Of a stretch of DNA of 64,000 nucleotides, positions 10,712-20,978 are shown piece after piece. Source of the stretch: Verrucomicrobiia bacterium (lineage in GTDB: Bacteria > Verrucomicrobiota > Verrucomicrobiia > Limisphaerales > UBA1319); contig OY760937.1 of the NCBI GenBank assembly GCA_963664225.1, positions 3,296,001 through 3,360,000 on the forward strand, given 5' to 3'. The translations under genes and the position numbers were made by a program. The first letter of the stretch is position 1; every line of letters begins with the position of its first letter. The notes under the pieces are model-generated. The model saw only the letters and a list, made by a program, of their open reading frames with translations, did not search any database and was not told the origin of the DNA.

Positions 10712-11073
10712 ATATTTCAGACGCGATTGCAGACCGGGAGATTCTCGCTTCCGGGTTGGAGGACATCACCGGGATTTACGAGATTGTCTGGCGTTTTGGC
10801 ACTTTGTTCCCGTCTGCATCCATCGCAGACAAATATGATGTGGCAGACAGGCGAGTCCGCGAGTTGGTTCGTGGCGGTCACATCCGGCTTATCCGGAGAT
10901 TTTTTGGGCAGCACGAGCGGATGGAGCCGATTCACGATGCTGATATTGATAGTATCTTGCGATTGCCAACAGCATGGTATCCGAGTGAGTTGAGCGCAGA
11001 GGCATCGCAAATTTCATACGAGACCACAGATTCAGGAGCGCGGCTTTATGAGCGTTGTAAGACGGCGGAATAA
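10708..11073 (+). CDS. Hypothetical protein (~121 aa)
   Basis: ATGA overlap with the upstream stop; MNISDAIADREILASGLED... Confidence 0.6.
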   Translation: MNISDAIADREILASGLEDITGIYEIVWRFGTLFPSASIADKYDVADRRVRELVRGGHIRLIRRFFGQHERMEPIHDADIDSILRLPTAWYPSELSAEASQISYETTDSGARLYERCKTAE

Positions 11074-11075
11074 TA

Positions 11076-11410
11076 AACCGCCGCCTGGCGCTATCCTTCC
11101 TTTCCTGACATCTTCAGCCATTCCCGTCCGCATCCCGGCGCTAGGCCACCCCACTCCGCCACGCCGTCCGCTAAACTTCTTTTTTCCCACGCGTCCATAA
11201 ATAAACAACCTGCGAAACACGCCTATTGACCCTCTCGCCCCAATCAACCACTGGCACGAGCGGGGAGAGAACACAAGAGAGGGGCTTGTTTGTTTCCTCT
11301 TTCTCCCTCCATCCTGTTAATCCTTTTTATCCATGTTAATATTTTCCCCTTTCCCAGCCCTGTCTTTCCATCTGTGCCCCGTGCCTCTGTGGTGCGTGTC
11401 CCTCTGGTCG
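11076..11410 (+). repeat. Mosaic intergenic repeat region
   Basis: Module cccacgcgtccataa...aaacacgcctattgaccctctcgccccaatcaaccactggcacgagcggggagagaacacaagagaggggc at 11187-11292, near-identical to 5476-5580. Confidence 0.9.
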
Positions 11411-11476
11411 TTTTTCCGTCCGGCGTTTTCCATTCCTTGCCTGACAGTTTAAGCTTGTTCGGGTTAACTCACACCC

Positions 11477-12472
11477 ATGACCGCAGGCACAACAGTGACA
11501 ACAGTGACCATTGCGCGCCACGCCATGGCGACCCGCTTCGAAATCCTCCTGCACGGGGAGGATGCGGCGCGTCTGCGGGCCGCCGCCGAGGAAGCCCTTG
11601 ACGAGATCGAGCGCCTCGAGGCCCAACTCAGCCCCTTCCGGCCCGGCAGCGAGATCAGCCGCCTCAACGCCCACGCCGGACAGCGCCTCATGCGCGTCGA
11701 ACCCGGCCTCTTTAATCTCTTGCAAAATGCCAGGCAAATTAGCTTCGAGACCGGAGGTGCCTTCGATCTCACCGTGGGGCCGCTCATGGACTGCTGGGGC
11801 CTGAGCGCCGGAATTGCCGAAGGTCCACATCCCGCTCCCAAACCCGAAACCATCGCCGCCGCCCGCACCCTGACCGGAATGGACAAATTGCTCCTGGACG
11901 AATCCCAATGCACCGCAGGCCTGGCGCTGGCCGGAATGCGTCTGGATCTGGGAGCCTACGGCAAAGGTTGGGCCGTCGAACGCGCCGGAACGATCCTCCG
12001 CGAGGCCGGAATCACCAGCGCGCTGATCCACGGAGGCACCAGCACCGTCTGCGCCATCGGCACCCCGCCGGACGCCGACGCCTGGAACATCGCCCTCGAA
12101 AAACCAGACATCGCCCGCCGAAACCGGATATCGTCAGCTTTGGTCAATCTGCGGTCAACCCGTGGTCAACCGGTTGACTGTTCAAATCCGGAAGTTCGCC
12201 CCTTCACCGTGATCCCTCTGAAAAACGAAGCCCTCTCGGTCTCCGCCACCTGGGGAAAAGAGTTTCAAGTCATTGGCTCGGAAGCCCCTATGGGCCACGT
12301 CATCGACCCGCGTTCGGGCCATCCCGTCCCGGGTGCGCTCATGGCGGCCGTCGTGCTGCCATTGGCCTCCGAGACCGACGCCTTTTCCACGGCATTGCTT
12401 GTAACCGGTTCCGCTGGAGAAGAATCCATCCAGCGCCTGCGCCCCGCCATGCGGACCTTTCTGGTGGCCTAA
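11477..12472 (+). CDS. apbE: FAD:protein FMN transferase (ApbE family)
   Basis: AMATRFE, SEISRLN, GAFDLTVGPL, DLGAYGKG, HVIDPRSG and DAFSTA. Confidence 0.9.
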   Translation: MTAGTTVTTVTIARHAMATRFEILLHGEDAARLRAAAEEALDEIERLEAQLSPFRPGSEISRLNAHAGQRLMRVEPGLFNLLQNARQISFETGGAFDLTVGPLMDCWGLSAGIAEGPHPAPKPETIAAARTLTGMDKLLLDESQCTAGLALAGMRLDLGAYGKGWAVERAGTILREAGITSALIHGGTSTVCAIGTPPDADAWNIALEKPDIARRNRISSALVNLRSTRGQPVDCSNPEVRPFTVIPLKNEALSVSATWGKEFQVIGSEAPMGHVIDPRSGHPVPGALMAAVVLPLASETDAFSTALLVTGSAGEESIQRLRPAMRTFLVA

Positions 12473-12843
12473 CCCTGCCAATCGGCCCAATTCCGAACCA
12501 TCATTCCACTTTCGAGACACGGAATTGCTGTAAATTGTTGATTTTTGCACTTTTGAGACTGGCACATTTCCCGCTTAACACCTCACTGGTTAGTGTTGTT
12601 CCTTGTGAGTATGCGGTGGGTGGTGCGCAGGCGAATTCATGGTGCCTGTGGATGCCACACAAACGCTGCACGATTGCCCCTCGCGGCCTAAATTGTTGCG
12701 ATGGAAGCCATTCCCGCCCCCTGGATTTGGCCTCCGCCCTCGCTCCAAGGATGGCTCGCGAGGGGTTTTCTTCTTCAATAATCAACGGTCCCTTCACCAA
12801 ACAACCATTTGCGTTCACGCCGTTTTGGGGAATATTGCGGCAT

Positions 12844-13464
12844 ATGGCAAAACGAGTGTTTTTTTCGATGATGGCCATTGCGGCTTTACTGGCGGTTCCG
12901 ATACTTTCTGGAGCTAACACCATGAATACCAATACCCAATCACTGGCCAGGGCAACATTCGGCGGCGGTTGCTTCTGGTGCACCGAGGCCATTTACAAGG
13001 GCATTGACGGGGTCAAAACCGTCGTCAGCGGTTATGCCGGTGGCCACACAAAGAATCCCACCTACAAAGAAGTCTGCACAGGCGAAACCGGCCATGCCGA
13101 GGTCACCCAGATCACCTACGATCCGGCTAAAGTGTCTTATGAGAAGCTCTTGGACATATTTTGGGCCGCCCACGATCCCACCTCACTCAACAAGCAGGGC
13201 GACGATGTGGGCACGCAGTATCGTTCAGTGATATTTTATAGTGATGATTCCCAGCGCGAGGCCGCCGTTAAATCCAAGGCCGCCCTGGCCGTGTCCGGTG
13301 CCTTCAAAAAGCCGATTGTCACTGAAATCAAACCACTTACGGATTTTTATCCAGCGGAAGATTATCACCAGGATTACTACGCCAGGAACCCGAATCAACC
13401 CTACTGTTACTTCGTCATCCGGCCCAAATTGGAGAAATTGGAGAAGAAGTTAAAGGCGCATTAA
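12844..13464 (+). CDS. msrA: Peptide-methionine (S)-S-oxide reductase with signal peptide
   Basis: [27 protein letters not shown] and [12 protein letters not shown]; likely ATG at 12844. Confidence 0.95.
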   Translation: MAKRVFFSMMAIAALLAVPILSGANTMNTNTQSLARATFGGGCFWCTEAIYKGIDGVKTVVSGYAGGHTKNPTYKEVCTGETGHAEVTQITYDPAKVSYEKLLDIFWAAHDPTSLNKQGDDVGTQYRSVIFYSDDSQREAAVKSKAALAVSGAFKKPIVTEIKPLTDFYPAEDYHQDYYARNPNQPYCYFVIRPKLEKLEKKLKAH

Positions 13465-13591
13465 ACACCTGGCATTCTGGCGGTTGGGAAAATGCCGGGC
13501 TAGGGATCCGGCCTGTGGATTTCTGCGCTTATCAGAGTTCTCGCGGTTTTCGTATTTACCTCCCGCCATGGCGCGCTATCTTTCCCGGATT

Positions 13592-15202
13592 ATGACGATG
13601 CAACCAACGCAACAAACGAGCGAAGAGTTATGGCAGCGCTTTAAGGCGCATTACGCGACTTTTCCAAAGCTGGGTCTTTCCGTGGACATCAGCCGGATGA
13701 AATTTGCCGATGAGTTCTTCGACAAAATGAACGCGCGCACCCAGCGGGCGTTCAAGGCCATGGCCAAGCTTGAAAAGGGCGCCATTGCCAATGGCGATGA
13801 AGGCCGCATGGTCGGCCATTACTGGCTGCGCAACACGGCCATCACGAAGGATCGGGCCATCGCCACAGCCATCACCAAAGCCATCGCGGACATCAAGGAC
13901 TTTGCCGCCAAGGTGCATTCCGGCGCCATCCAGGGCGAGCGTGGGCCGTTCAAAAACCTTCTGGTTGTTGGTATTGGCGGTTCCGCCTTGGGCCCTCAAT
14001 TTGTCGCCAGCGCGCTGGGGAATCCGGCCACGGACAAGCTCAAGCCCTTCTTCTTCGACAATACCGATCCGGACGGCATGGACAAAGTGCTTGCCGCCCT
14101 TGGCAGCGAATTGGGCCAGACCCTGGTGGTGGTGATTTCCAAGTCTGGCGAGACCAAGGAAACCCGCAACGGCATGCTCGAGGCTAAAAAGGCCTACGAA
14201 AAGGTCGGTCTGAATTTTGCAAAACACACCGTGGCGGTGACCGGCGAAGGCAAATCGATGGACCAATTGGCCATCAAGGAAGGCTGGATTCAGCGCTTCC
14301 CGATGTGGGATTGGGTGGGTGGGCGCACGAGTGTAACCTCTGCGGTTGGATTGCTCCCGGCGGCATTGCAGGGAATCGCGATTGATGACCTGCTGGCCGG
14401 GGCTAAAGCATGCGATGAGCAGACGCGCATCTACAACGTTAAAGAAAACCCATCTATCCTGTTATCGTTGATGTGGTACCATTCCGGTAACGGTAAAGGA
14501 TTGAAAGACATGGTTATCCTGCCGTATAAAGATCGGCTGGAGTTGTTTTCGAAGTATCTGCAACAACTGATCATGGAATCCCTCGGCAAGGAACACGACA
14601 CCACGGGCAAGGTCGTTAACCAGGGAATCGCGGTTTATGGCAACAAAGGTTCCACCGACCAACATGCTTATGTGCAACAGCTTCGCGATGGTGTGCCGAA
14701 TTTCTTCGTGACCTTTATTGAGGTTCTCAAGGATCGTTCTGCCGCCAGCATGGAAGTCGAACCGGGGGTGACGAGCGGGGATTTCCTGGCGGGTTTCCTT
14801 CATGGAACGCGCAAGGCGTTGTATGAGAACAATCGCCAATCCATTACGCTGACCATCAACGAGGTTTCACCGTTTAGCGTGGGTGTGTTGATTGCGCTTT
14901 ATGAGCGCGCTGTGGGTTTCTACGCCACCATGGTGAACATCAACGCCTATCACCAACCGGGCGTGCAGGCTGGCAAAGTGGCTGCGGGCGAACTGATTGA
15001 CCTGCAACACAAGATTGTGGCGCTGCTTAAATCCGCTCCGGGCAAGGAATTCAAGCTGGAGCAGATTGCCGCAGGCATTGGCCAGGCGGATACCGTTGAG
15101 AGCGTGTTTAACATCTGCGAGCATCTGTGCGCAAATCCTGGACGCGGCGTGCGCAAAGTGGCTGGCGCCAATCCGTTTGACGCGGGCTACACGGCCGCCT
15201 GA
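13592..15202 (+). CDS. pgi: Glucose-6-phosphate isomerase
   Basis: [32 protein letters not shown] and HQPGVQAGK. Confidence 0.95.
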   Translation: MTMQPTQQTSEELWQRFKAHYATFPKLGLSVDISRMKFADEFFDKMNARTQRAFKAMAKLEKGAIANGDEGRMVGHYWLRNTAITKDRAIATAITKAIADIKDFAAKVHSGAIQGERGPFKNLLVVGIGGSALGPQFVASALGNPATDKLKPFFFDNTDPDGMDKVLAALGSELGQTLVVVISKSGETKETRNGMLEAKKAYEKVGLNFAKHTVAVTGEGKSMDQLAIKEGWIQRFPMWDWVGGRTSVTSAVGLLPAALQGIAIDDLLAGAKACDEQTRIYNVKENPSILLSLMWYHSGNGKGLKDMVILPYKDRLELFSKYLQQLIMESLGKEHDTTGKVVNQGIAVYGNKGSTDQHAYVQQLRDGVPNFFVTFIEVLKDRSAASMEVEPGVTSGDFLAGFLHGTRKALYENNRQSITLTINEVSPFSVGVLIALYERAVGFYATMVNINAYHQPGVQAGKVAAGELIDLQHKIVALLKSAPGKEFKLEQIAAGIGQADTVESVFNICEHLCANPGRGVRKVAGANPFDAGYTAA

Positions 15203-15241
15203 GCCGCAAACTACAGCAAAAGGCGCTTGCATTGACGATTC

Positions 15242-15276
15242 AAGGCGGGATTCACGAAAGTGGATTCCGCCTTTTT
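15242..15276 (+). terminator. Rho-independent terminator after pgi
   Basis: aaggcgggattcac-gaaa-gtggattccgcctt followed by a T-run. Confidence 0.75.
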
Positions 15277-15314
15277 GCTTTTCGCTGGATCGGTTGGCAG
15301 GTTTAATCGTCGGC

Positions 15315-15938
15315 ATGTTAACAACGTCATTGGTGCCTGCGGCGCAAAAAGATTCGCGCCGTTTGATGATCGTTCTGCACGGCTTGGGGGACAGCATGGA
15401 GGGCTATGGCTGGATGCCGCAGACTCTGGACCTGCCCTGGATGAACTATCTGCTGGTCAACGCTCCAGACGAATATTTCGGCGGTTATTCGTGGTTCGAC
15501 TTTGAGGGAGACCCCAAACCCGGCATCGATCGCAGTCGGGAGCAGTTGTTCGAAGTGATCCGGGACATGGTGCAACGGGGGTATCCTGTGAAGGAAATGA
15601 CGCTTTTCGGATTCTCCCAAGGCTGTCTGATGGTTCTCGAAACGGGGCTCCGGTATCCGGAGGTTTTTGCGGGACTGGTGGGGATCAGCGGATTCCTGAC
15701 GGATCCCGCAGGTTTGATCAAGGGATTATCCCCGGTGGCGGCACAGCAGCGGTTGCTGGTCACCCACGGGACGCTGGACCCCCTGTTGCGTATCGATACC
15801 GTGCGCCCACAAATCCAAAACCTGCAAAAACAGGGTCTGAACATTCAGTGGCGTGAATTTGCCAAGGAACACACCATTGCGGGCGCGGCGGAAATCACTC
15901 TGATCAGGGACTTTGTCACCGCAGGCTATGCGCTTTAA
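15315..15938 (+). CDS. Phospholipase/carboxylesterase (alpha/beta hydrolase)
   Basis: LHGLGD, GFSQG nucleophile elbow, HGTLDP and EHTI. Confidence 0.9.
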   Translation: MLTTSLVPAAQKDSRRLMIVLHGLGDSMEGYGWMPQTLDLPWMNYLLVNAPDEYFGGYSWFDFEGDPKPGIDRSREQLFEVIRDMVQRGYPVKEMTLFGFSQGCLMVLETGLRYPEVFAGLVGISGFLTDPAGLIKGLSPVAAQQRLLVTHGTLDPLLRIDTVRPQIQNLQKQGLNIQWREFAKEHTIAGAAEITLIRDFVTAGYAL

Positions 15939-16128
15939 TAGCGGCCTGTACCTTAAAATCCCGGCCTGCCACGCGGGTTTTTGACCACGGGATGCGCGAC
16001 TTCAAGTGAAGCCAGGCAATTAAGAGTCGGATCAATTCTGCCGATGTCCTGATTGAACAAGTGTCTTGAGCTCTCGCTGCTTGAGAAAGCAGAGCGATGG
16101 GTATTGATGATGAATAAAGAATGCAAGT

Positions 16129-18423
16129 GTGATGCAAGTGGCTGATAGAAAGAATTATCGAGGTATCGCAAAAGGTGCTGTCGGCCTGGGAACTGTCGGC
16201 TGGATGACTCTGGCGGTCTCCACCTTGCAGGCAGCGCCGTATTCCACCAGCGGCGTGGTTGCGGCGGTTGGCGGTCTTGAGCAGCATGTATGGGTTGTTC
16301 AGTTTCTTGTGATTGCCGTTATCGTTCTAGGAATGGTGATCGTTGGATTAATCGCCAATATTCGGCGTCGTAAACGGATTGAGGAGCAACTGCGATTGGA
16401 CGATACGCGACTTGAGGCGCTGGTCAAACTAAGCCGGATGCAGTCGGCTCCCTTGAACGAGATTGCGAATTACGCTCTGGAACAAGCGCTAAGCCTGTCC
16501 AAAAGCCAGGCGGGCTACCTGGCTTTTGCCAGTGAGGACGAAAAGACGCTGACCATGTTCGAATGGTCCAAGACAGTCATGGAAAAGTGCGCCATGAAGG
16601 AAAAACCGCAGGTATTATCTGTGGAAAAAACCGGGATACGTGGAGAAGCGATTCGTCAACGAAAGCCCATCATCACAAACCACTTTCAGGAGTCGCATCC
16701 CTTGAAGCACGGCCTTCCTGAGGGGCATGTTCCATTAACGCGCCATCTGACCGTGCCGGTCTTCGAAGGCCAGCGCATTGTTGCCGTGGTCGGCGTGATC
16801 AACAAAGCAGGTTTGTATGGAGAATCGGATATCCGCCAGCTTTCCCTGCTCATGGATGGCCTGTGGAACATGTTCCAGCGGGAGAAGGCCGCCAGTTCCC
16901 TCAGGGAAAGCGAGCAGCGGCTCAAACAGTCCCAGCGTATCGGCGGGATTGGCAGTTGGGATTTGGACATGCAAACGGGAACGCTTGTCTGGTCTGAAGA
17001 AACTTTCAGAATCTTCGGACGCAAGCCCGGGGAATTCGTTCCCACCCGCGCTTCATTCATGGAACTTGTTCTGCCTGAGGATCGCGACAGGGTGAGTAAC
17101 GCTATGAATGCGGCGATGGAATCGGGTGATGGTTACAGTGTGGATCATCGCATTATCCTGCCCGGGGGCGCCCAGGGCTGGGTTCGGGAGGAGGCGCAAG
17201 TCTGCCTCTCGCTTGAAGAGCACCCCGTCAAACTGCTGGGCACCGTTCAGGACATTACAGAAAGACGCCAGTTGGAGGAACGATTTCGCCAGGAGCAAAA
17301 AATGGAGGCGGTGGGCCAGCTTGCCGGTGGTGTAGCCCATGATTTCAATAACATCCTGACCATCATCCAGGGCCATGTGGGCCTTGCATTAAGCAATCCG
17401 GATCAGGAGAAGGACCTGCGGGAGTCCCTTCAGGAGGTGCGAACGGCTGCGGAACGCGCAGCCAGACTGACCCGTCAATTGCTCGCTTTCAGCCGTCGGC
17501 AAATGCTTCAGGTGCGTTATGTGGATTTGAACGACATCATCGATAATTTAATGAAGATGCTTCATCGCCTCCTGGGCGAAACGATCCAGCTCAAATTCGA
17601 TCGCGCAACATTTTTGCCGGGCGTTGAAGCGGATTCTGGAATGATCGAGCAGATCATCATGAACCTGGTCATCAACGCGCGCGATGCCATGCCCTCGGGC
17701 GGGAACGTGACGTTGCGCACTTACGAAAAGGGCTTCTCAAAAGAGGACTCATGGAAGAATCCCGATATTCATCCCGGAGATTTCGTCTGCCTGGAGGTTG
17801 CCGATACGGGTTGTGGCATGGACCAGGCGACCATGACCCACATCTTCGAGCCTTTTTTCACCACCAAGGAATTGGGCCGCGGCACCGGCCTGGGTTTGTC
17901 CACAGTTTACGGCATTGCCAAACAGCATCACGGCTGGGTTGAAGCGGAAAGCACGATGGGCGCGGGCGCGGTTTTTCGCGTTTACTTTCCCGTATGCGCG
18001 AAGCCGGGCGTTTCGATGGTAAAACCCGGCCTTCATACGAACGTGGCAGGCGGCACTGAGACCATTCTCGCGGTCGATGATGAAATGCCGGTGCGCCTTC
18101 TGGCCCGGGTTTGCCTTCAACGCAGGGGCTATCGGGTTCTGGAAGCGGCCAATGGCCGGGAGGCGCTCGATGTCTGGAAAAAACACCGCGACGAAATCGA
18201 TCTGCTGCTGACCGATCAAATAATGCCTGAAGGCATGTCCGGTCGCGAGCTTGCCAAACATTGTCTCAGCGAAAAGCCCGGCCTGAAAGTCATTTACTCA
18301 AGCGGTTACAGCCTGAACATGGTTCAAGAGGACTTGCGCCTGACGGAAGGCGTCAACTTTCTTCCAAAGCCGTATGATCCTGTCAAGCTGGTCAATGCGG
18401 TTCGCGCCTGTCTCGATTCGTAA
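16129..18423 (+). CDS. Hybrid sensor histidine kinase (TM-GAF-PAS-HisKA-HATPase-REC)
   Basis: AGGVAHDFNNIL H-box, NLVINARDAM, FEPFFTTK, GTGLGL, and receiver motifs VDDE, LLTD and FLPKPY. Confidence 0.95.
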   Translation: MMQVADRKNYRGIAKGAVGLGTVGWMTLAVSTLQAAPYSTSGVVAAVGGLEQHVWVVQFLVIAVIVLGMVIVGLIANIRRRKRIEEQLRLDDTRLEALVKLSRMQSAPLNEIANYALEQALSLSKSQAGYLAFASEDEKTLTMFEWSKTVMEKCAMKEKPQVLSVEKTGIRGEAIRQRKPIITNHFQESHPLKHGLPEGHVPLTRHLTVPVFEGQRIVAVVGVINKAGLYGESDIRQLSLLMDGLWNMFQREKAASSLRESEQRLKQSQRIGGIGSWDLDMQTGTLVWSEETFRIFGRKPGEFVPTRASFMELVLPEDRDRVSNAMNAAMESGDGYSVDHRIILPGGAQGWVREEAQVCLSLEEHPVKLLGTVQDITERRQLEERFRQEQKMEAVGQLAGGVAHDFNNILTIIQGHVGLALSNPDQEKDLRESLQEVRTAAERAARLTRQLLAFSRRQMLQVRYVDLNDIIDNLMKMLHRLLGETIQLKFDRATFLPGVEADSGMIEQIIMNLVINARDAMPSGGNVTLRTYEKGFSKEDSWKNPDIHPGDFVCLEVADTGCGMDQATMTHIFEPFFTTKELGRGTGLGLSTVYGIAKQHHGWVEAESTMGAGAVFRVYFPVCAKPGVSMVKPGLHTNVAGGTETILAVDDEMPVRLLARVCLQRRGYRVLEAANGREALDVWKKHRDEIDLLLTDQIMPEGMSGRELAKHCLSEKPGLKVIYSSGYSLNMVQEDLRLTEGVNFLPKPYDPVKLVNAVRACLDS

Positions 18424-18477
18424 GTGGCTGGGGCGTCGGTAGCGCGCCTCGATGAGTCGTTACCGGAAGGCCCCCAA

Positions 18478-20169
18478 TCAGGGTTTGACGGGCACGGCGT
18501 AAATCTCGGTGGGCGCGTTGGTGCTCATGGAAATCTGGGCTTGCACGCGAGTAATGTTCAATGACTGCGCGCCGGATGCCTGGGTGTTTTGAACAACGGG
18601 GGTGGTGGTGGCCAATTCCAAAAAGCCGCGCACAGCCACAGGCTGTTTCAAGGTCTGGTTAACGCCATCCGCATGGAAATAAACTTGCAGCCTGGGCGAC
18701 GCATACTGTTGTGCCGCAGTATTTTCGCCCACGCCTCCAAGCCCCCCACCACCAACTCCCTTTTGGCGACCGGCAACTGCGAAGTTATCCGTTGCCTGAT
18801 TCATCTGGTTCTGGTTATTCACGGCTCCCAAATCCATATCGCCGACAATCCACTCGCCGACATAGACCGAACCATCGGCATCGACCAATGAGATGCGGCT
18901 GCCATTCTGCTCCAGATCAAAGCGTTGAAGCACTCCCAGGCTGGCTTGATCCATCGCGCCATTGGCGGCAATCAACCCGTTGGAGACAATGGCATTGTTG
19001 ACGACGGCCTGATTCGCGGCGCTATTTTGATAAGCCTCTTTCCTCAAGGAGTTTGCGGCTGGGAATATCTGAATGAACCGTTGAACGGCCACAGCGATGG
19101 GCTGAAAGCGGTTGCCGCCAATGTTCTGAGTGATCTGGCTCTGCGCGGCGCTTAGTCCAGCCAGGCGCGTTCGCGTCATCGTCACTGCATTGGTTTCATC
19201 GCTCAGTTTCACCTGGGCATTCAAGGCCGGTGTATCGGCTGCGGCCACCTCGGATCGGAGCGCAACTGAAGGCGATTTAAAGAGGCGTTCAGTGCTGGCA
19301 GTGGATGACTGGTCTTTGTCGGCCCGCGCCTCCAGTCCGTAGGAGTAGGCCAGTGCGCCATCGGCTGGCTTTGCCTCACTCACCTTGGGCTCATTCAAGG
19401 CCAGGCTCACATAGCCTGATGCCGCAACAGGGGCGGGCATACCAGCTGGAGCAACCGGCGAAGCCGGGGTTTTAGCGGCCGTTGACGGCGCAGGACCAGA
19501 AGCACCGATCACGCCGAATTTGCTTTCCACTTCCTCTTTGGCGGCGACAGCGCCGGTTGGTTTGAGAACTTTTTCCGCAAGCAGGAGGTCTTTGTTGTCG
19601 GCAACCGATTTGGCTGCGGTCAAACGTCCTCCCACGGCTGGCTGTGAATCGGCGGGAGCGAGACTTGGTTTTCTGGCGAGCCGCTGGAATGCCCCAACGT
19701 CCTTCTTTTTTGCAGATTCGTCCCGCGCGTCCAGCGTGGCTGCGGGCGGGGCGGAAGGGGCGGCTCGGCGGGAGTCTCGCCCTACCAACGCATCGGTTGC
19801 GGCTGAGGCGGGGGCGGACAAGGTGGCAGGACGCTCGGCGGGCGTTAATCCTTCACGATCTGCCTTGGATGCGAACGTGTAGGCGGGATTTTGCGCCAAT
19901 TGCGGGGCGATGAGCCAGATGGCGAGTCCCGCCACGGCCACCGTGGCCAGACCCACCGCGAGACGCGGGTATAGTGAGGAGCAGAATTCGCGAAAGGTTC
20001 CCGGACGTTCCGGCTTATCCTGTAGCTGACCATGGAACCGGCGCGTTTCGTTCAGAAGGAGTTGCCGTGTGGCGGGATGCGGCTCAAAGCGCGGCCCGGC
20101 GGCATCGCGTCGCTTTTGCGACCATGCCTTCAGCATCTCTTCACTCTGTTTTTGCGGCTCCGGCGGCAT
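18478..20169 (-). CDS. Putative membrane-anchored anti-sigma-type protein
   Basis: Directly downstream of an ECF sigma; single TM (RLAVGLATVAVAGLAIWLI) then an Ala/Pro-rich region; start MPPEPQKQ. Confidence 0.6.
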   Translation of the reverse strand: MPPEPQKQSEEMLKAWSQKRRDAAGPRFEPHPATRQLLLNETRRFHGQLQDKPERPGTFREFCSSLYPRLAVGLATVAVAGLAIWLIAPQLAQNPAYTFASKADREGLTPAERPATLSAPASAATDALVGRDSRRAAPSAPPAATLDARDESAKKKDVGAFQRLARKPSLAPADSQPAVGGRLTAAKSVADNKDLLLAEKVLKPTGAVAAKEEVESKFGVIGASGPAPSTAAKTPASPVAPAGMPAPVAASGYVSLALNEPKVSEAKPADGALAYSYGLEARADKDQSSTASTERLFKSPSVALRSEVAAADTPALNAQVKLSDETNAVTMTRTRLAGLSAAQSQITQNIGGNRFQPIAVAVQRFIQIFPAANSLRKEAYQNSAANQAVVNNAIVSNGLIAANGAMDQASLGVLQRFDLEQNGSRISLVDADGSVYVGEWIVGDMDLGAVNNQNQMNQATDNFAVAGRQKGVGGGGLGGVGENTAAQQYASPRLQVYFHADGVNQTLKQPVAVRGFLELATTTPVVQNTQASGAQSLNITRVQAQISMSTNAPTEIYAVPVKP

Positions 20170-20189
20170 ATTGATTAGACGATAAATTC

Positions 20190-20804
20190 CTAGGTTTCCT
20201 CCAGCCAGGCCTTGCCACGGACGAGGGATTCCAGGCGGTCCAGGCAACGACTCAGGCGGGAGCTGACGGTTTTGGTGTTGATTTGAAAGGTCAGTCCCAG
20301 TTCCTCATAGCTCATATCGGCGAAATATCGCAGCTCGATCATCTCCCGGCAGGGTGCCTCCAGATTCGCGAGGGCATCGACAATGAGTCCAGCCCGTTCG
20401 GATTGATCGAGTTGCGCGTCAGGCGCAGGCGCGGGACTGGGCGGGTCCAGCGGCGGGAGTTCGTCAGGGCCGACTTCGCCTGTCGGATGCAACGGGAGGG
20501 GAACGTGGCCGCCGCCGCGTTTGGCCGCATTCTGGCGCGCCAGGTAATCCCGGGATTTGTTGGCGGCAATGCGAAAGATCCAGGTCTGCAACTGACTGTT
20601 GCCGCGAAAGGTATTCAGGCTGCGGATGACGGTGAGAAAGACTTCCTGGCAGATTTCCTCTGTGTCTTCGCGGTTGAAGTTGCCTGAGAGTTGGTAAACG
20701 AAGCGCCCCACCGCGTCGTAATGGAGATCGAACAACGCGTTCCATGCCGCCTCATCGCCACGGCGGCATTTTGCGATTAATTCGCTTTCCTGCCCGGAAT
20801 CCAT
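20190..20804 (-). CDS. ECF sigma-70 factor
   Basis: GDEAAWNALF, QEVFL, FRGNSQLQTWIFRIA, SYEELG and TVSSRLSR. Confidence 0.92.
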   Translation of the reverse strand: MDSGQESELIAKCRRGDEAAWNALFDLHYDAVGRFVYQLSGNFNREDTEEICQEVFLTVIRSLNTFRGNSQLQTWIFRIAANKSRDYLARQNAAKRGGGHVPLPLHPTGEVGPDELPPLDPPSPAPAPDAQLDQSERAGLIVDALANLEAPCREMIELRYFADMSYEELGLTFQINTKTVSSRLSRCLDRLESLVRGKAWLEET

Positions 20805-20978
20805 CGCGGGTCAATGTAAACCATTGGAGGGCGGCTGGCTAGCGCGAAGGCGCGGAGGAAATTGTTAATGGATAATGGACAATGATAAATAAAAACAGTA
20901 ATGACAGGATGGACGATAATGACATGATAAGAAAAGAAGCATGAGGAAAGCTAGGATCTATTTCATAATTTGACGCGA

